Source: a virus (lineage: Duplodnaviria; Caudoviricetes). Taken from it: a stretch of 34,400 nucleotides of DNA. Positions 10,058 through 19,227 of the stretch are shown here, piece after piece. The position numbers and the translations under genes were made by a program. Within the stretch, counting starts at the first letter, position 1. The number at the start of each line of letters is the position of its first letter. The notes beneath the pieces are model-generated. The model did no database searches, was not told the origin of the DNA, and worked only from the letters and a program-made list of their open reading frames with translations. The stretch lies in the IMG/VR virus record IMGVR_UViG_3300020044_001445, positions 1-34,400 of that record. One strand, written 5' to 3'.

Positions 10058-12592
10058 ATGGTAATCAAGATTAATTATACAAGTAGTGATGTGTATGTCA
10101 GCACATCAGTATCACCAGTCTATGTAGTGGTCAATTATAGTGGCACAACAAGTGGTGGTGGAGGTGTTTGGGGTTCTATCACAGGCACTCTAAGCGACCA
10201 GACTGATTTGCAAGATGCTCTTGATGATAAAGTTCCTTATAGTGGTGCAACGGGTGATGTGAACCTTGGTGAGTATGGATTATCAGCAGGTCAGTTAACT
10301 CTTGACACAACTCCAACGGGAACGGCTGCGGTAGGTACTACAAGATGGAACGATACAATAGGAAGCAGCGAGACTACCCTAAAAGGTGGTAGCGTTATTT
10401 TGAAAAATGGTGTTGATTTGGTGGCAAGGGTGGTAAATAAGGTTTCACCTAATACCACACTAACCAAAGCAGCATATCAAGCGGTAAAGGTAAGTGGTGC
10501 TCAGGGTCAGAGACTTGCCATTGCACTTGCTCAAGCGAACAATGATGCAAATAGTGCAGACACTATTGGATTGGTTACGGAAACAATTGCAACCAATCAG
10601 GAAGGTTTTATCATGACTGTTGGTAACCTTGAGGGTATCAACACAACGGGAAGTCTACAAGGCGAAACGTGGGCAGATGGCGATGTGCTTTATCTTTCAC
10701 CTACAACTGCAGGAAGGCTGACAAACATCAAGCCTACGGGGGCAACGGGGCATATTGTGGTCATTGGTTACGTTGAGTATGCTCACTCTAACAATGGGAA
10801 AATATATGTAAAGACAATGAACGGTTGGGAGCTTGATGAGCTACATAACGTGAGCATTGATACTCCACTTAACAACCAAGTCCTTACCTACGAATCATCT
10901 ACATCACTTTGGAAGAATAAAACTCCTACAAGTGTAGGCACTACGATATATAGTGGAGATGGGACATTGGCAGGGGATAGGATAGTGACATCTAATGGGA
11001 ATAGTTTAACGATTTTAGGTGGTAAGGAGGCTACAGTAGGAGAGCAAACTGCATTAATATTACAAACATCAGCAACCAATAAAGGATTGGTTGAATTACA
11101 ACTAAATAATACATTTACTACAACTGGCAAAAATTGGAGAATACGTTCTTTAAGTGATGGTGCTTTAGATTTTGCTGTAAGTTCAATAAGGGCATTATAT
11201 TTTTCGTCTACTGGTAAAGCCGTTTTTAATGGTAATACTTCTATCTCTAATACAACTTTAACTGTAAATGGTGATGCTGCAATAGCAAATGGATTACAAA
11301 TTCAGGGTGGAGTTGGAAGTCCGGCTGGTGCTGGGATAGAACTTGAATACTCAGGCGGAACTTCATATTTTACAAGTTTTAACAGAAGTGGAAGTTGGTT
11401 GCCAATAATTATTAGAGGTTCACAAATTGATTTATTTACTGCTGGTTCTGTTCGTGCAAGACTCACCTCCGCAGGTCGCTTATTGTTGGGGACTACTACT
11501 GAGAGTACTTATATTTTTGATGCGGTTGGGAGTGTGAGAATTAATGGGCAAATATCAATTGATACTGCAAGAGCATCCTATTCTACAAGTCCATCAGGCT
11601 CAAATGATTTTCCAACAATAGAAATTGGAAGCACAAGTGCAATTGGAGGTAGAAATCAGTATGGAGCATTAAAACTTTCAAGGTCTGCTGGACCATCATC
11701 AAGTGTTCAAATAAATCCATATAGTGCAAATAATTTATATATTGGTGGTGTATCTGATGTTCTTGCAGGTTCAGTAGGTTTAAGAATTGGAGGAGATGCA
11801 AGTTTAGGATATACATCAAAATTTCAAGTAAAAGGCGACCAGACCTCTGGTGCAGACCATTTTGTTTTTTGGGCTGGCAATGTTGGTAGATTATTATTGA
11901 TAAGTGCAGCAACAAATGGCAAAGTGTGGAATCTAACATCAGATAATACTGGTGATTTTATTTTAGGACAAACCACATCAGTAACAAATTCATTTAGAAT
12001 ATTTGGAGCAACAAATAATATTGGAATAAATACTGGAACAGACGCAGGCTACAAACTCGATGTCAACGGCACTGCGAGGGTGAGTGGGGATGCTACAATA
12101 GCTGGAACAATATATGCGACATCAAGTTCATCTAATGGGGTATTACAATTAAATCAAACTGCGGTTGGATTTGCTGCTCAAGTAATAAATAGAGTTAATA
12201 CTACAAACACAAGTGCACAAATTGCGTTTCAAGATTTAAAAACTGGAGCAGGAAGTAGGTCATTTGCTATTGGTATAGGTAGGTCAGGAGACCCTCAATG
12301 GACTAACGGAGATTTTATTTTTTCTTATTATAATGGAAGTGGAGGATGGCAACAATCTGCTAAAATATTTAATGCAAGTGGAAACTGGGCAATAGAAAAT
12401 GGAAATGCAACAAGTGACATAACATCTGCTTTGTTTCAAGTTAATTCAACCACCAAAGGCTTCCTACCTCCTCGGGGTACGAATACACAGATGCTTGCCA
12501 TTGCAAGTCCCGTGGCAGGTCTAATGTTCTATGATACAACAAACAATAAATTAAATTGCTACGATGGAACAACTTGGCAGGCTTGTTGGTAA
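10058..12592 (+). CDS. Tail fibre / receptor-binding protein 1
   Basis: WGSITGTLSDQTDL, ELDELHNV, GINT..YKLDVNG and STTKGFLPPR..GLMFYDTT motifs; rich in G/S/T. Confidence 0.85.
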   Translation: MVIKINYTSSDVYVSTSVSPVYVVVNYSGTTSGGGGVWGSITGTLSDQTDLQDALDDKVPYSGATGDVNLGEYGLSAGQLTLDTTPTGTAAVGTTRWNDTIGSSETTLKGGSVILKNGVDLVARVVNKVSPNTTLTKAAYQAVKVSGAQGQRLAIALAQANNDANSADTIGLVTETIATNQEGFIMTVGNLEGINTTGSLQGETWADGDVLYLSPTTAGRLTNIKPTGATGHIVVIGYVEYAHSNNGKIYVKTMNGWELDELHNVSIDTPLNNQVLTYESSTSLWKNKTPTSVGTTIYSGDGTLAGDRIVTSNGNSLTILGGKEATVGEQTALILQTSATNKGLVELQLNNTFTTTGKNWRIRSLSDGALDFAVSSIRALYFSSTGKAVFNGNTSISNTTLTVNGDAAIANGLQIQGGVGSPAGAGIELEYSGGTSYFTSFNRSGSWLPIIIRGSQIDLFTAGSVRARLTSAGRLLLGTTTESTYIFDAVGSVRINGQISIDTARASYSTSPSGSNDFPTIEIGSTSAIGGRNQYGALKLSRSAGPSSSVQINPYSANNLYIGGVSDVLAGSVGLRIGGDASLGYTSKFQVKGDQTSGADHFVFWAGNVGRLLLISAATNGKVWNLTSDNTGDFILGQTTSVTNSFRIFGATNNIGINTGTDAGYKLDVNGTARVSGDATIAGTIYATSSSSNGVLQLNQTAVGFAAQVINRVNTTNTSAQIAFQDLKTGAGSRSFAIGIGRSGDPQWTNGDFIFSYYNGSGGWQQSAKIFNASGNWAIENGNATSDITSALFQVNSTTKGFLPPRGTNTQMLAIASPVAGLMFYDTTNNKLNCYDGTTWQACW

Positions 12593-12623
12593 TTAATAAC
12601 TTAACTTTTAAAACAAAATAAAA

Positions 12624-12920
12624 ATGGCAAAGCAAATCTCACCCGTCAATGTATGGGTAAACGGAACAAGCAAATCAGCACAATATCTTCAAGTGACTGG
12701 TATTAATGACAACTACGAAAGTTCAGCAACCAACTATTGGCAGATGTTTACTATGAACGTAGATGCTGAAGGGGTTGAATCAGTAGGAGAAGCGGTGGCT
12801 CAAGGTAATCTCACCATCAGCGGACAAGACTACATAAACTGGGGAGATCAGCCAGCAATGGACATCAACACTTGGATTTATGATTGGGTTGCAACTCAAC
12901 TTAATTTGACAATCATCTAA
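12624..12920 (+). CDS. Small tail-fibre-associated protein (possible chaperone)
   Basis: Lies between the two fibre genes; A-rich start context. Confidence 0.55.
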   Translation: MAKQISPVNVWVNGTSKSAQYLQVTGINDNYESSATNYWQMFTMNVDAEGVESVGEAVAQGNLTISGQDYINWGDQPAMDINTWIYDWVATQLNLTII

Positions 12921-14212
12921 TGAGAATTAATAGATCAACTATATCAAACCAAAGTGAATCAGTACCTACTACTCGTACTTTAACGATTGGTGGGGTGTCG
13001 TATGACTTATCAGCTGATAGGACTTGGACTGTTGGAGGTAGTGGTACTGTCACCTCAGTTGATATGTCAGTTCCAACTGGCTTTGCTATCGGTGGTAACC
13101 CAATCACCACAAGTGGTACACTTGCTATATCCTTTGCGAGTGGATATGCTTTGCCTACCACAATAAAGCAATCCAATTGGGATGATGCTTACACTTTTGT
13201 AACTGCCTTCCCTTCTCAGACTGGTAATAGTGGCAAGTACCTAACAACTAACGGAAGCACTCTTTCTTGGGCAACTGTTAGCGGTGGTGGTGGCACTCCT
13301 GCTGGAACAAGTGGAGAAGTGCAGTATAACAACGGGGGTGCATTCGGTGGTGCTGCTAATGTTGAGATAGATGGCGGAGATTTGACTTTAATTGATGCAG
13401 GATTTCCTACATCACCTTCAGCAGGTAGGACAAAGATTTTCACCGATTCAATGGCTACCCGTAGGCTTGTCGGTTCAATAGACAGCAATGGTTTGCACTT
13501 TGATTTCCAACCTGCACTCTTTAACTCTACCACTTATTTGTGGTTAGCTGGTACGGGTACAACTCTTGCAATTAACTGGGGAACATCTTTTACTGCCAGG
13601 AACAATGGTACAAACGCAGCACAAGCTACTCCAACCAAAACTTCATCCTCTGCTATTACCTCAATGAATAGGGCAACCTTCTCAACGGGTACAACTGCAA
13701 CGGGTGCAAGTGGTGTGCAATCATCTCAGTCTAATGCTTGGTTAGGTAATGCATCTAACCTCGGAGGGTTCTTTTTCTTTGCAAGGTTTGCTCTTGAGGC
13801 TTTCTCAGGTACTTATAGATTCTTTGTAGGGGTATCAGAGAATAATGCAACGATGAACACAGACAGTTCCACATGGAACAATACTTTAGGATTTGGCAAA
13901 GATGCAGCAGATAGTACACTTCAGTTGATAATGAGAAACAATGGAACAGTAAGCACTAAGGTAAATACTTCCATATCTCCATCAACTACTGATATATATG
14001 ATATGTACATATTTGCTAAACCTAATGCAACTGAGGTAAATTTTGAGATAAGAAATGCAGTTACAAATGCATTGCTTTATTCATCTACACAAACCACTAA
14101 CCTACCATCATCTACTGTGTTTATGTATATGCAAGCACAGATTCAGTCAACTGTTGGAACTACTGCAAAATTACTTGCTCTAAATCGTATGTACCTTGAA
14201 TCTAATCTTTAA
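12920..14212 (+). CDS. Tail fibre/spike protein 2
   Basis: VPTTRTLTI..DLSADRTW, GTVTSV, GKYLTTNG and G.VQYNNGGAFGG fibre motifs; beta-rich C-terminus. Confidence 0.75.
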   Translation: MRINRSTISNQSESVPTTRTLTIGGVSYDLSADRTWTVGGSGTVTSVDMSVPTGFAIGGNPITTSGTLAISFASGYALPTTIKQSNWDDAYTFVTAFPSQTGNSGKYLTTNGSTLSWATVSGGGGTPAGTSGEVQYNNGGAFGGAANVEIDGGDLTLIDAGFPTSPSAGRTKIFTDSMATRRLVGSIDSNGLHFDFQPALFNSTTYLWLAGTGTTLAINWGTSFTARNNGTNAAQATPTKTSSSAITSMNRATFSTGTTATGASGVQSSQSNAWLGNASNLGGFFFFARFALEAFSGTYRFFVGVSENNATMNTDSSTWNNTLGFGKDAADSTLQLIMRNNGTVSTKVNTSISPSTTDIYDMYIFAKPNATEVNFEIRNAVTNALLYSSTQTTNLPSSTVFMYMQAQIQSTVGTTAKLLALNRMYLESNL

Positions 14213-14215
14213 GAT

Positions 14216-14425
14216 ATGGCATTGACATATAAATATGTAATAAGGCAATCAGCAAATATGCTATACTACACAGAGAATCATGATGTAGATATGTCTGATA
14301 GGTGGTCACCTAATTTCGGTGATGCTCACCTATACGATAGCAAGGCACTTGCCGAGGCTGAGATAGAGGTAGATAATCATGGTGCAGTTTATTTTCAAGT
14401 ACAAGAAATCACAATAAAATCGTAA
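14216..14425 (+). CDS. Hypothetical protein
   Basis: Tightly packed ORF in the operon. Confidence 0.6.
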   Translation: MALTYKYVIRQSANMLYYTENHDVDMSDRWSPNFGDAHLYDSKALAEAEIEVDNHGAVYFQVQEITIKS

Positions 14426-14446
14426 TTTTAATTCAAATTTTATACT

Positions 14447-14578
14447 ATGACACTTATTGAACTCAAAGCACAAGCTTACGACATCCTTGCACAGATTGAG
14501 TACTTGCAAAAGCAACTACAAGAAGTTAATCAGAAAATAGGCGAAGAAATTCAAAAAGAAAATGGAGAAAAAAATTAG
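14447..14578 (+). CDS. Small coiled-coil protein, 43 aa (MTLIELKAQAYDILAQIEYLQKQLQEVNQKIGEEIQKENGEKN)
   Basis: Not in the ORF track; fills the gap, has A at -3, and overlaps the next start. Confidence 0.7.
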   Translation: MTLIELKAQAYDILAQIEYLQKQLQEVNQKIGEEIQKENGEKN

Positions 14579-14837
14579 TGCATTACCGATTTCATTTGAG
14601 CAGTTCAGCAAAGATCCTGTTAAAGGCTTTCTGTTCATTACATTGATTGCAATTGGCTATTTATACATAGACCAAAAGTTGATGTACACCGAGCAAATTG
14701 AGAGGCAAGGTAGTAAGATAGAGAAGCTTGAAGCAAAGATAGATGCTCTTGGTATTCAACTGAAGCGTTCAGATTCGTTGCTCTCCGCTACAACATCTAA
14801 AATCTTAGTCCTTCAAGAACTTGGGAAAATAAAATGA
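14562..14837 (+). CDS. Single-TM coiled-coil protein (i-spanin-like or holin-associated)
   Basis: One TM (GFLFITLIAIGYLYI) followed by a coiled coil; in the lysis region. Confidence 0.5.
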   Translation: MEKKISALPISFEQFSKDPVKGFLFITLIAIGYLYIDQKLMYTEQIERQGSKIEKLEAKIDALGIQLKRSDSLLSATTSKILVLQELGKIK

Positions 14838-15187
14838 AAAGGTTAATTGTACTACTTCTTATTTCATCTTGTGGCAACCCTGTCAGGGAGGAGCAAATCC
14901 TTCTTGATGGGGTTGATAGTATCTTGATGCAATCAAGAAAGCAGTCTGATACCATTGTAAAGATTCTACCTAAGATTGACAAGCAGATAGAAAAAGCAGA
15001 GAGCCAGGTGCTTATCAATGTACAAAATATTAAAGTACAAAACGCAAGACTAAAAGAGGATGCAAAAATAGTCAAGACTATCACCATTCGTGATACTATC
15101 ATCATTAAAGAAAAGACTAATTTTTGGGGTAGGAAAAGAGTTTCTACTGATTCAATATCAACAATAGATTCAACTGAAAATTTATGA
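14834..15187 (+). CDS. Lipoprotein (o-spanin-like)
   Basis: Signal peptide and lipobox MKRLIVLLLISSC. Confidence 0.55.
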   Translation: MKRLIVLLLISSCGNPVREEQILLDGVDSILMQSRKQSDTIVKILPKIDKQIEKAESQVLINVQNIKVQNARLKEDAKIVKTITIRDTIIIKEKTNFWGRKRVSTDSISTIDSTENL

Positions 15188-15402
15188 AGCAGTTCTTTTG
15201 TGAAGAAAACGGCAGACTATCAATGAAAAGATTATGCGGTTTTATCTGCGTTATAGTTATTTGCGTAACAATGTACCACAATTCTTTCTACGAAACTGAA
15301 CCATCAGAGGCATTGGTCTATTCTGTATCTGCACTTGCGTTTGGTTGCCTTGGTCTTACCTCTGCTGAGAAAATATTCAAAAAAGATGAGAACAAAGATT
15401 AG
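15184..15402 (+). CDS. Putative holin (2 TM)
   Basis: SMKR followed by two hydrophobic helices and a charged tail; close to the endolysin. Confidence 0.6.
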   Translation: MKQFFCEENGRLSMKRLCGFICVIVICVTMYHNSFYETEPSEALVYSVSALAFGCLGLTSAEKIFKKDENKD

Positions 15403-15841
15403 TTTTTTACTATTACTACTTATTGGCTGCAACCCTGTTAAACAAGTTTTGCGAGATCAAGAGAAGCTTGAAGAAGTCGCAAAGGTTGTGGTGGCTGGTG
15501 GATTTTGTGCTAACGATACCACATTTATCACAACATCAGACACACTTGTTGAGATAGACACATTGGTACGCATTGATACGCTTACTGATACCTATGTGCT
15601 AAATGATACCACATACATTACCAAATGGAAAACAAGGGATATCATTAAGTCTACAACTATACACGATACCTTGAAGTCATTCATTGTTGATAATGCTCGT
15701 GTGAGGTTATTACAAGCTGACAGCACAAGATTAACAAACTTAGCAAATGAATATAAGTCTAAAGCAGATAGTCGCTTAAATTTGCTTATTTCACTTTTGG
15801 TACTTATTGCCCTTTTCATATATTTAAAACTTAGGAAATGA
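15386..15841 (+). CDS. Lipoprotein with C-terminal TM (u-spanin topology)
   Basis: Start revised to ATG 15386: MRTKISFLLLLLIGC lipobox; C-terminal LLISLLVLIALFIYL-KLRK. Confidence 0.6.
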   Translation: MRTKISFLLLLLIGCNPVKQVLRDQEKLEEVAKVVVAGGFCANDTTFITTSDTLVEIDTLVRIDTLTDTYVLNDTTYITKWKTRDIIKSTTIHDTLKSFIVDNARVRLLQADSTRLTNLANEYKSKADSRLNLLISLLVLIALFIYLKLRK

Positions 15842-16302
15842 AGCTCAGCGAACACCTTGACCTTTCGGAAGTAACAAGAAGCGAATCAGCAAAAAGAAAT
15901 GGCATCTCTAATATGCCTACTGAGACCCACATTGCTAATTTTAAACTTCTTGCTGAGAAGATATTTGAACCAATACGCAATCATTTTAGATGCCCTATTA
16001 TGATTTCATCTGGTTACAGAAGCAAGGAGTTGAACTCAGCCATTGGTGGGTCAGCCACTTCACAGCATTGCTCTGGTGAAGCGATTGATATTGATATGGA
16101 TGGTACACCTCATGGGGTTACAAATAGGATGGTGTTTGATTACATCAAGGATAATTTGGTTTTTGATCAGCTTATCTATGAGTTTGGGGATGCTAACAAC
16201 CCAGACTGGGTACACGTTTCATACGAATCATCAGGAACACAACGCAAGCAAATATTAAGGGCAACCAGGGTATCTGGTAAAACAATGTACAGTAAGTATT
16301 AA
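15838..16302 (+). CDS. Endolysin, peptidase M15 family
   Basis: SSGYRS, SQH..GEAIDI and WVHVS zinc-ligand motifs. Confidence 0.9.
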   Translation: MKLSEHLDLSEVTRSESAKRNGISNMPTETHIANFKLLAEKIFEPIRNHFRCPIMISSGYRSKELNSAIGGSATSQHCSGEAIDIDMDGTPHGVTNRMVFDYIKDNLVFDQLIYEFGDANNPDWVHVSYESSGTQRKQILRATRVSGKTMYSKY

Positions 16303-16356
16303 CATATTATTATAAAATATATGTAAGTAAATTGTATTTTGTATTAAAATGCTATG

Positions 16357-16364
16357 TATCTTTG
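16357..16364 (+). promoter_or_regulatory. Bacteroidota -7 promoter box (TATCTTTG) for the early/replication operon
   Basis: Matches TAnnTTTG in an AT-rich gap 23 nt before ATG 16388. Confidence 0.6.
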
Positions 16365-16387
16365 ACTTCACATCAAAAATACATAAC

Positions 16388-16585
16388 ATGAAAGAAATTA
16401 GAGATTTACGAAAAAAGAAAGGTTTAACCCAAGAGAGGCTTGCAAGTCTTAGTGGTGTTACCACGGTTACAGTCAATCGTGCAGAGAAGAGTGGCAAGAT
16501 ACGTCAGTCCACTTACATCAAATTACTTAACACTCTAAACCAATTGGAAGATGCTATATCTATGCCTGTTCATTCTGGGTTGTAG
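16388..16585 (+). CDS. Cro/C1-type HTH regulator
   Basis: LRKKKGLTQERLASLSGVTTVTVNRAE; start revised to ATG 16388. Confidence 0.88.
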   Translation: MKEIRDLRKKKGLTQERLASLSGVTTVTVNRAEKSGKIRQSTYIKLLNTLNQLEDAISMPVHSGL

Positions 16586-16880
16586 TTTGGTGATTGCTTT
16601 GATTGGTGCGTATTTGATTAGCGGAGATAAACACAAAATAAAAAAAGAAAGATTGTCACTTTACAATATTCCATCAGCATTTTGGGATGAGTACAATAGC
16701 ATTAGTTTGGATATTTACTATATGACTAATGCAAATGCAGAGGCAATCAGATACAAGATTGAGGATTTTGAGTATAAGTACAGCCAAATTGTTGAGCAAT
16801 GGATTTACAACGATAAAATGGCTGAGATACTGAGAAACTACAAAATGAAGCAAGAGTTTATAAACAATAAAAACAAGTAA
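16551..16880 (+). CDS. Hypothetical membrane-anchored protein
   Basis: N-terminal hydrophobic helix; packed in the operon. Confidence 0.6.
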   Translation: MLYLCLFILGCSLVIALIGAYLISGDKHKIKKERLSLYNIPSAFWDEYNSISLDIYYMTNANAEAIRYKIEDFEYKYSQIVEQWIYNDKMAEILRNYKMKQEFINNKNK

Positions 16881-16882
16881 AA

Positions 16883-17458
16883 ATGGGACTAACAAATCAA
16901 AGTCAAGGCGGTTCAAAAGTGTTTTTGTCAATCAGCAACGGTAAGCTTGTAAGAAGCTACAAAGAGAAAGTTGAAGGGTCAGTATCAAGGGTCAACAAAG
17001 CAGGTCGTGAAGTTCACGAGATGTTCTACGATTCACTTGAAGGCATCATCAAAAGTGTTGACACCAAAGATGGTGACTATGGTAAGTTCTTAGTGGTAAA
17101 TGTTGAGAGCAATGGTGTGAACTACCAGCTTGAAATGAACTACTCAAGTGGCTACTCAGCATCTTTTCTCAAAACTCTTCCAAATGTAACGCTTGAGTCA
17201 AGGGTGACGATCACTCCAAAGCTGACCATTGAAGGAGATAAGAAAAAAAGTGTTATCTTCCTAAACCAAGGCGGAGGATTGAAGTGGTTCTTTACCAAGG
17301 ACAACCCTAATGGTATGCCTGACCTAACTAAAGTTAAGATCAAAGGCAAAGAGACTTGGGATGATAGTGATAGGATGGAGTTCCTTGAGAAATATGCCAA
17401 ATCACTTTTTAGTGGTAGCAAGGCTCAACCAATAGAAGAAGAGGAACTTCCTTTTTAA
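16883..17458 (+). CDS. Putative single-stranded DNA-binding protein
   Basis: Beta-rich, with an acidic C-terminal EEEELPF tail typical of SSBs; next to a nuclease gene. Confidence 0.55.
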   Translation: MGLTNQSQGGSKVFLSISNGKLVRSYKEKVEGSVSRVNKAGREVHEMFYDSLEGIIKSVDTKDGDYGKFLVVNVESNGVNYQLEMNYSSGYSASFLKTLPNVTLESRVTITPKLTIEGDKKKSVIFLNQGGGLKWFFTKDNPNGMPDLTKVKIKGKETWDDSDRMEFLEKYAKSLFSGSKAQPIEEEELPF

Positions 17459-17464
17459 ACAATA

Positions 17465-17553
17465 GACAAGGTTGGTGTAATCGGGAATGAATACCGACTT
17501 GGGTAACATCCGCAACAATGCGGAGATATGGGTTCAAATCCCATACCTTGTCC
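17465..17553 (+). ncRNA. tRNA-like RNA with an expanded D-loop and a 4-nt anticodon loop
   Basis: GACAAGGT/ACCTTGTC acceptor stem, TGGTGTAA..GGTAACAT D arm, ATGGG-TTCAAAT-CCCAT T arm, CCGCA-ACAA-TGCGG anticodon arm. Confidence 0.7.
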
Positions 17554-17573
17554 TCACTTTTTAAACAAATACT

Positions 17574-18326
17574 ATGCAAAATTTCAACATTGACATCAAC
17601 AAAGGCCGAATTGAGTTTGTAGACAATCGGTTCTATGCCACAGAGAATGGGAACTACGTTCCATCAGTAACCACTATTTTAGATGCATACCCAAAGGATG
17701 CAGCGTTTTTCAAATGGTTAAAAGATGTTGGCTCTGATGCTGATACCATTCGTGATGAGGCAGGAAGAAGAGGGTCGCTTGTCCATGAACTGACAGAGCA
17801 GTATGACCAACACCAAGATGTGACATTTGTCAACCAAAATGGTAAGCCTAAGTATAAAATGCTTGAGTGGGCAATGTTTGAGAGGTATGTTGACTTCTGC
17901 AATACGCAAAACCCAAGAATGAGAATGATGGAGATGCACTTCTCATCCGATATGCTTGGCTTTGCAGGCACAGTTGACAGAGTGCTTGAGATAAATGGCA
18001 AAGAGTACCTGGTAGACATCAAGACCTCCAACAATATGCACAACTCATATTGGCTACAATTGGCAGCCTATAACCAACTCTTGAAGGAATATGATTACCA
18101 AGTTGAGGGAGTGGCTATATTATGGCTTAATGCCAAGACAAGGACTTCTGGCAAAGGTGGAGCAATACAAGGCATTGGGTGGCAATTGCTTACCAAGACT
18201 TTAGAAGAAAGCGAGCAAGATTGGAAGACATTCCAAACAACATTTGACCTTTGGAAGTCAATCAATGAGGACATCAAACCAAAGAGAACATCTTATCAAT
18301 TAACACATAAGAAAAATGAAGGATAG
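17574..18326 (+). CDS. PD-(D/E)XK exonuclease
   Basis: PSVTTIL, RGSLVH, AGTVDR..LVDIKTS and QLAAY motifs. Confidence 0.88.
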   Translation: MQNFNIDINKGRIEFVDNRFYATENGNYVPSVTTILDAYPKDAAFFKWLKDVGSDADTIRDEAGRRGSLVHELTEQYDQHQDVTFVNQNGKPKYKMLEWAMFERYVDFCNTQNPRMRMMEMHFSSDMLGFAGTVDRVLEINGKEYLVDIKTSNNMHNSYWLQLAAYNQLLKEYDYQVEGVAILWLNAKTRTSGKGGAIQGIGWQLLTKTLEESEQDWKTFQTTFDLWKSINEDIKPKRTSYQLTHKKNEG

Positions 18327-18504
18327 AATAGTAGAGCAAGTGGTGAATAAGTTCAACGAAAGGTCGCAAAGGGGCATTGAGAAATACGGATCAACCCTTG
18401 AAAGAAATGACCTTGATGTTGTAGATTGGATGAACCACCTTCAAGAAGAGTTAATGGATGCAATTCTCTATTTAGAACGTATGAAAAAAGACATCAATGG
18501 GTAG
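18316..18504 (+). CDS. Small MazG-like/all-alpha nucleotide pyrophosphatase-like protein
   Basis: GIEKYG.TL..W..HLQEELMDAILY motif. Confidence 0.5.
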   Translation: MKDRIVEQVVNKFNERSQRGIEKYGSTLERNDLDVVDWMNHLQEELMDAILYLERMKKDING

Positions 18505-18832
18505 TAGTGTTGTTAGCTTTATCCATCACCTAAAGCTTGCTGATGAATATGCAAAGGATTTTGTTCGGTCAGCACCAGGCACTCGTGGAGCAGTTATATT
18601 TGACAATTACTCTAAAAGGATTGCTTGGATATTCAGAGATGTTGTGACTTATCCTCACTTTGGAGATGAGGTGAGAGAAGGGATGAGAAAGGAGATTGCA
18701 AGTGATGCATTTTCCTATGATTCATTGACTGAGAAAATGGCATTAATGAATCCAGAACAAAGAGAGATGCTTGAAGCATTGCTTGATGATATATTAACAG
18801 GAAAAACAATTGAAGTAAATATTACACAATGA
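18497..18832 (+). CDS. Hypothetical protein
   Basis: Overlapping start/stop packing with neighbours. Confidence 0.7.
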   Translation: MGSSVVSFIHHLKLADEYAKDFVRSAPGTRGAVIFDNYSKRIAWIFRDVVTYPHFGDEVREGMRKEIASDAFSYDSLTEKMALMNPEQREMLEALLDDILTGKTIEVNITQ

Positions 18833-18921
18833 CACCATACGAACTTTGGCAACTTGAGAAATATGGCAACATTATCAAAGAAGATGAAACGCAACATGAT
18901 GTTGAACCCGATTTGGATTAA
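18829..18921 (+). CDS. 30-aa hypothetical protein (MTPYELWQLEKYGNII...)
   Basis: ATGA overlap with the upstream stop; not in the ORF track. Confidence 0.5.
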   Translation: MTPYELWQLEKYGNIIKEDETQHDVEPDLD

Positions 18922-19009
18922 ATGCAGATTATGCAAGACACTTTATACAATAACAATTAAAATTCAAACAAAATGTCCCAAATGCAATTGCCTAAATGGG
19001 GTGACTTAA
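18884..19009 (+). CDS. Small zinc-ribbon protein (CRLC-x13-CPKC)
   Basis: MKRNMMLNPIWIKCRLCKTLYTITIKIQTKCPKCNCLNGVT; an upstream in-frame ATG exists at 18863. Confidence 0.5.
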   Translation: MKRNMMLNPIWIKCRLCKTLYTITIKIQTKCPKCNCLNGVT

Positions 19010-19227
19010 ACACCTACGAAAGACACAAACTCCTTGGAGAGTTAATTGATGCCATGATCTACTCTGGCGAAGCCGTACAGCACCTACAAGTAACAGTTGA
19101 AAGGTTTAGATTGATGGGTTACGTTAGAAGCGTAATATTGCCTCAAAATGAGCCTGATGAGGTTTGTCCTAACTGCGATGGCAAAGGATGCAACGAGTGC
19201 GTAATCATTTTAAATAATGAACTGTGA
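18973..19227 (+). CDS. Hypothetical protein with C-terminal CPNCDGKGCNEC zinc motif
   Basis: CxxCxGxGC motif. Confidence 0.65.
   Translation: MSQMQLPKWGDLNTYERHKLLGELIDAMIYSGEAVQHLQVTVERFRLMGYVRSVILPQNEPDEVCPNCDGKGCNECVIILNNEL

Noticed and set aside
17465-17553. Functional decoding tRNA or integration (attP) site
   Set aside because: No 7-nt anticodon loop can be formed, and no integrase is encoded.
17574-18326. Nuclease as Cas4
   Set aside because: It lacks the four Fe-S cysteines and looks like an ordinary phage PD-(D/E)XK exonuclease.
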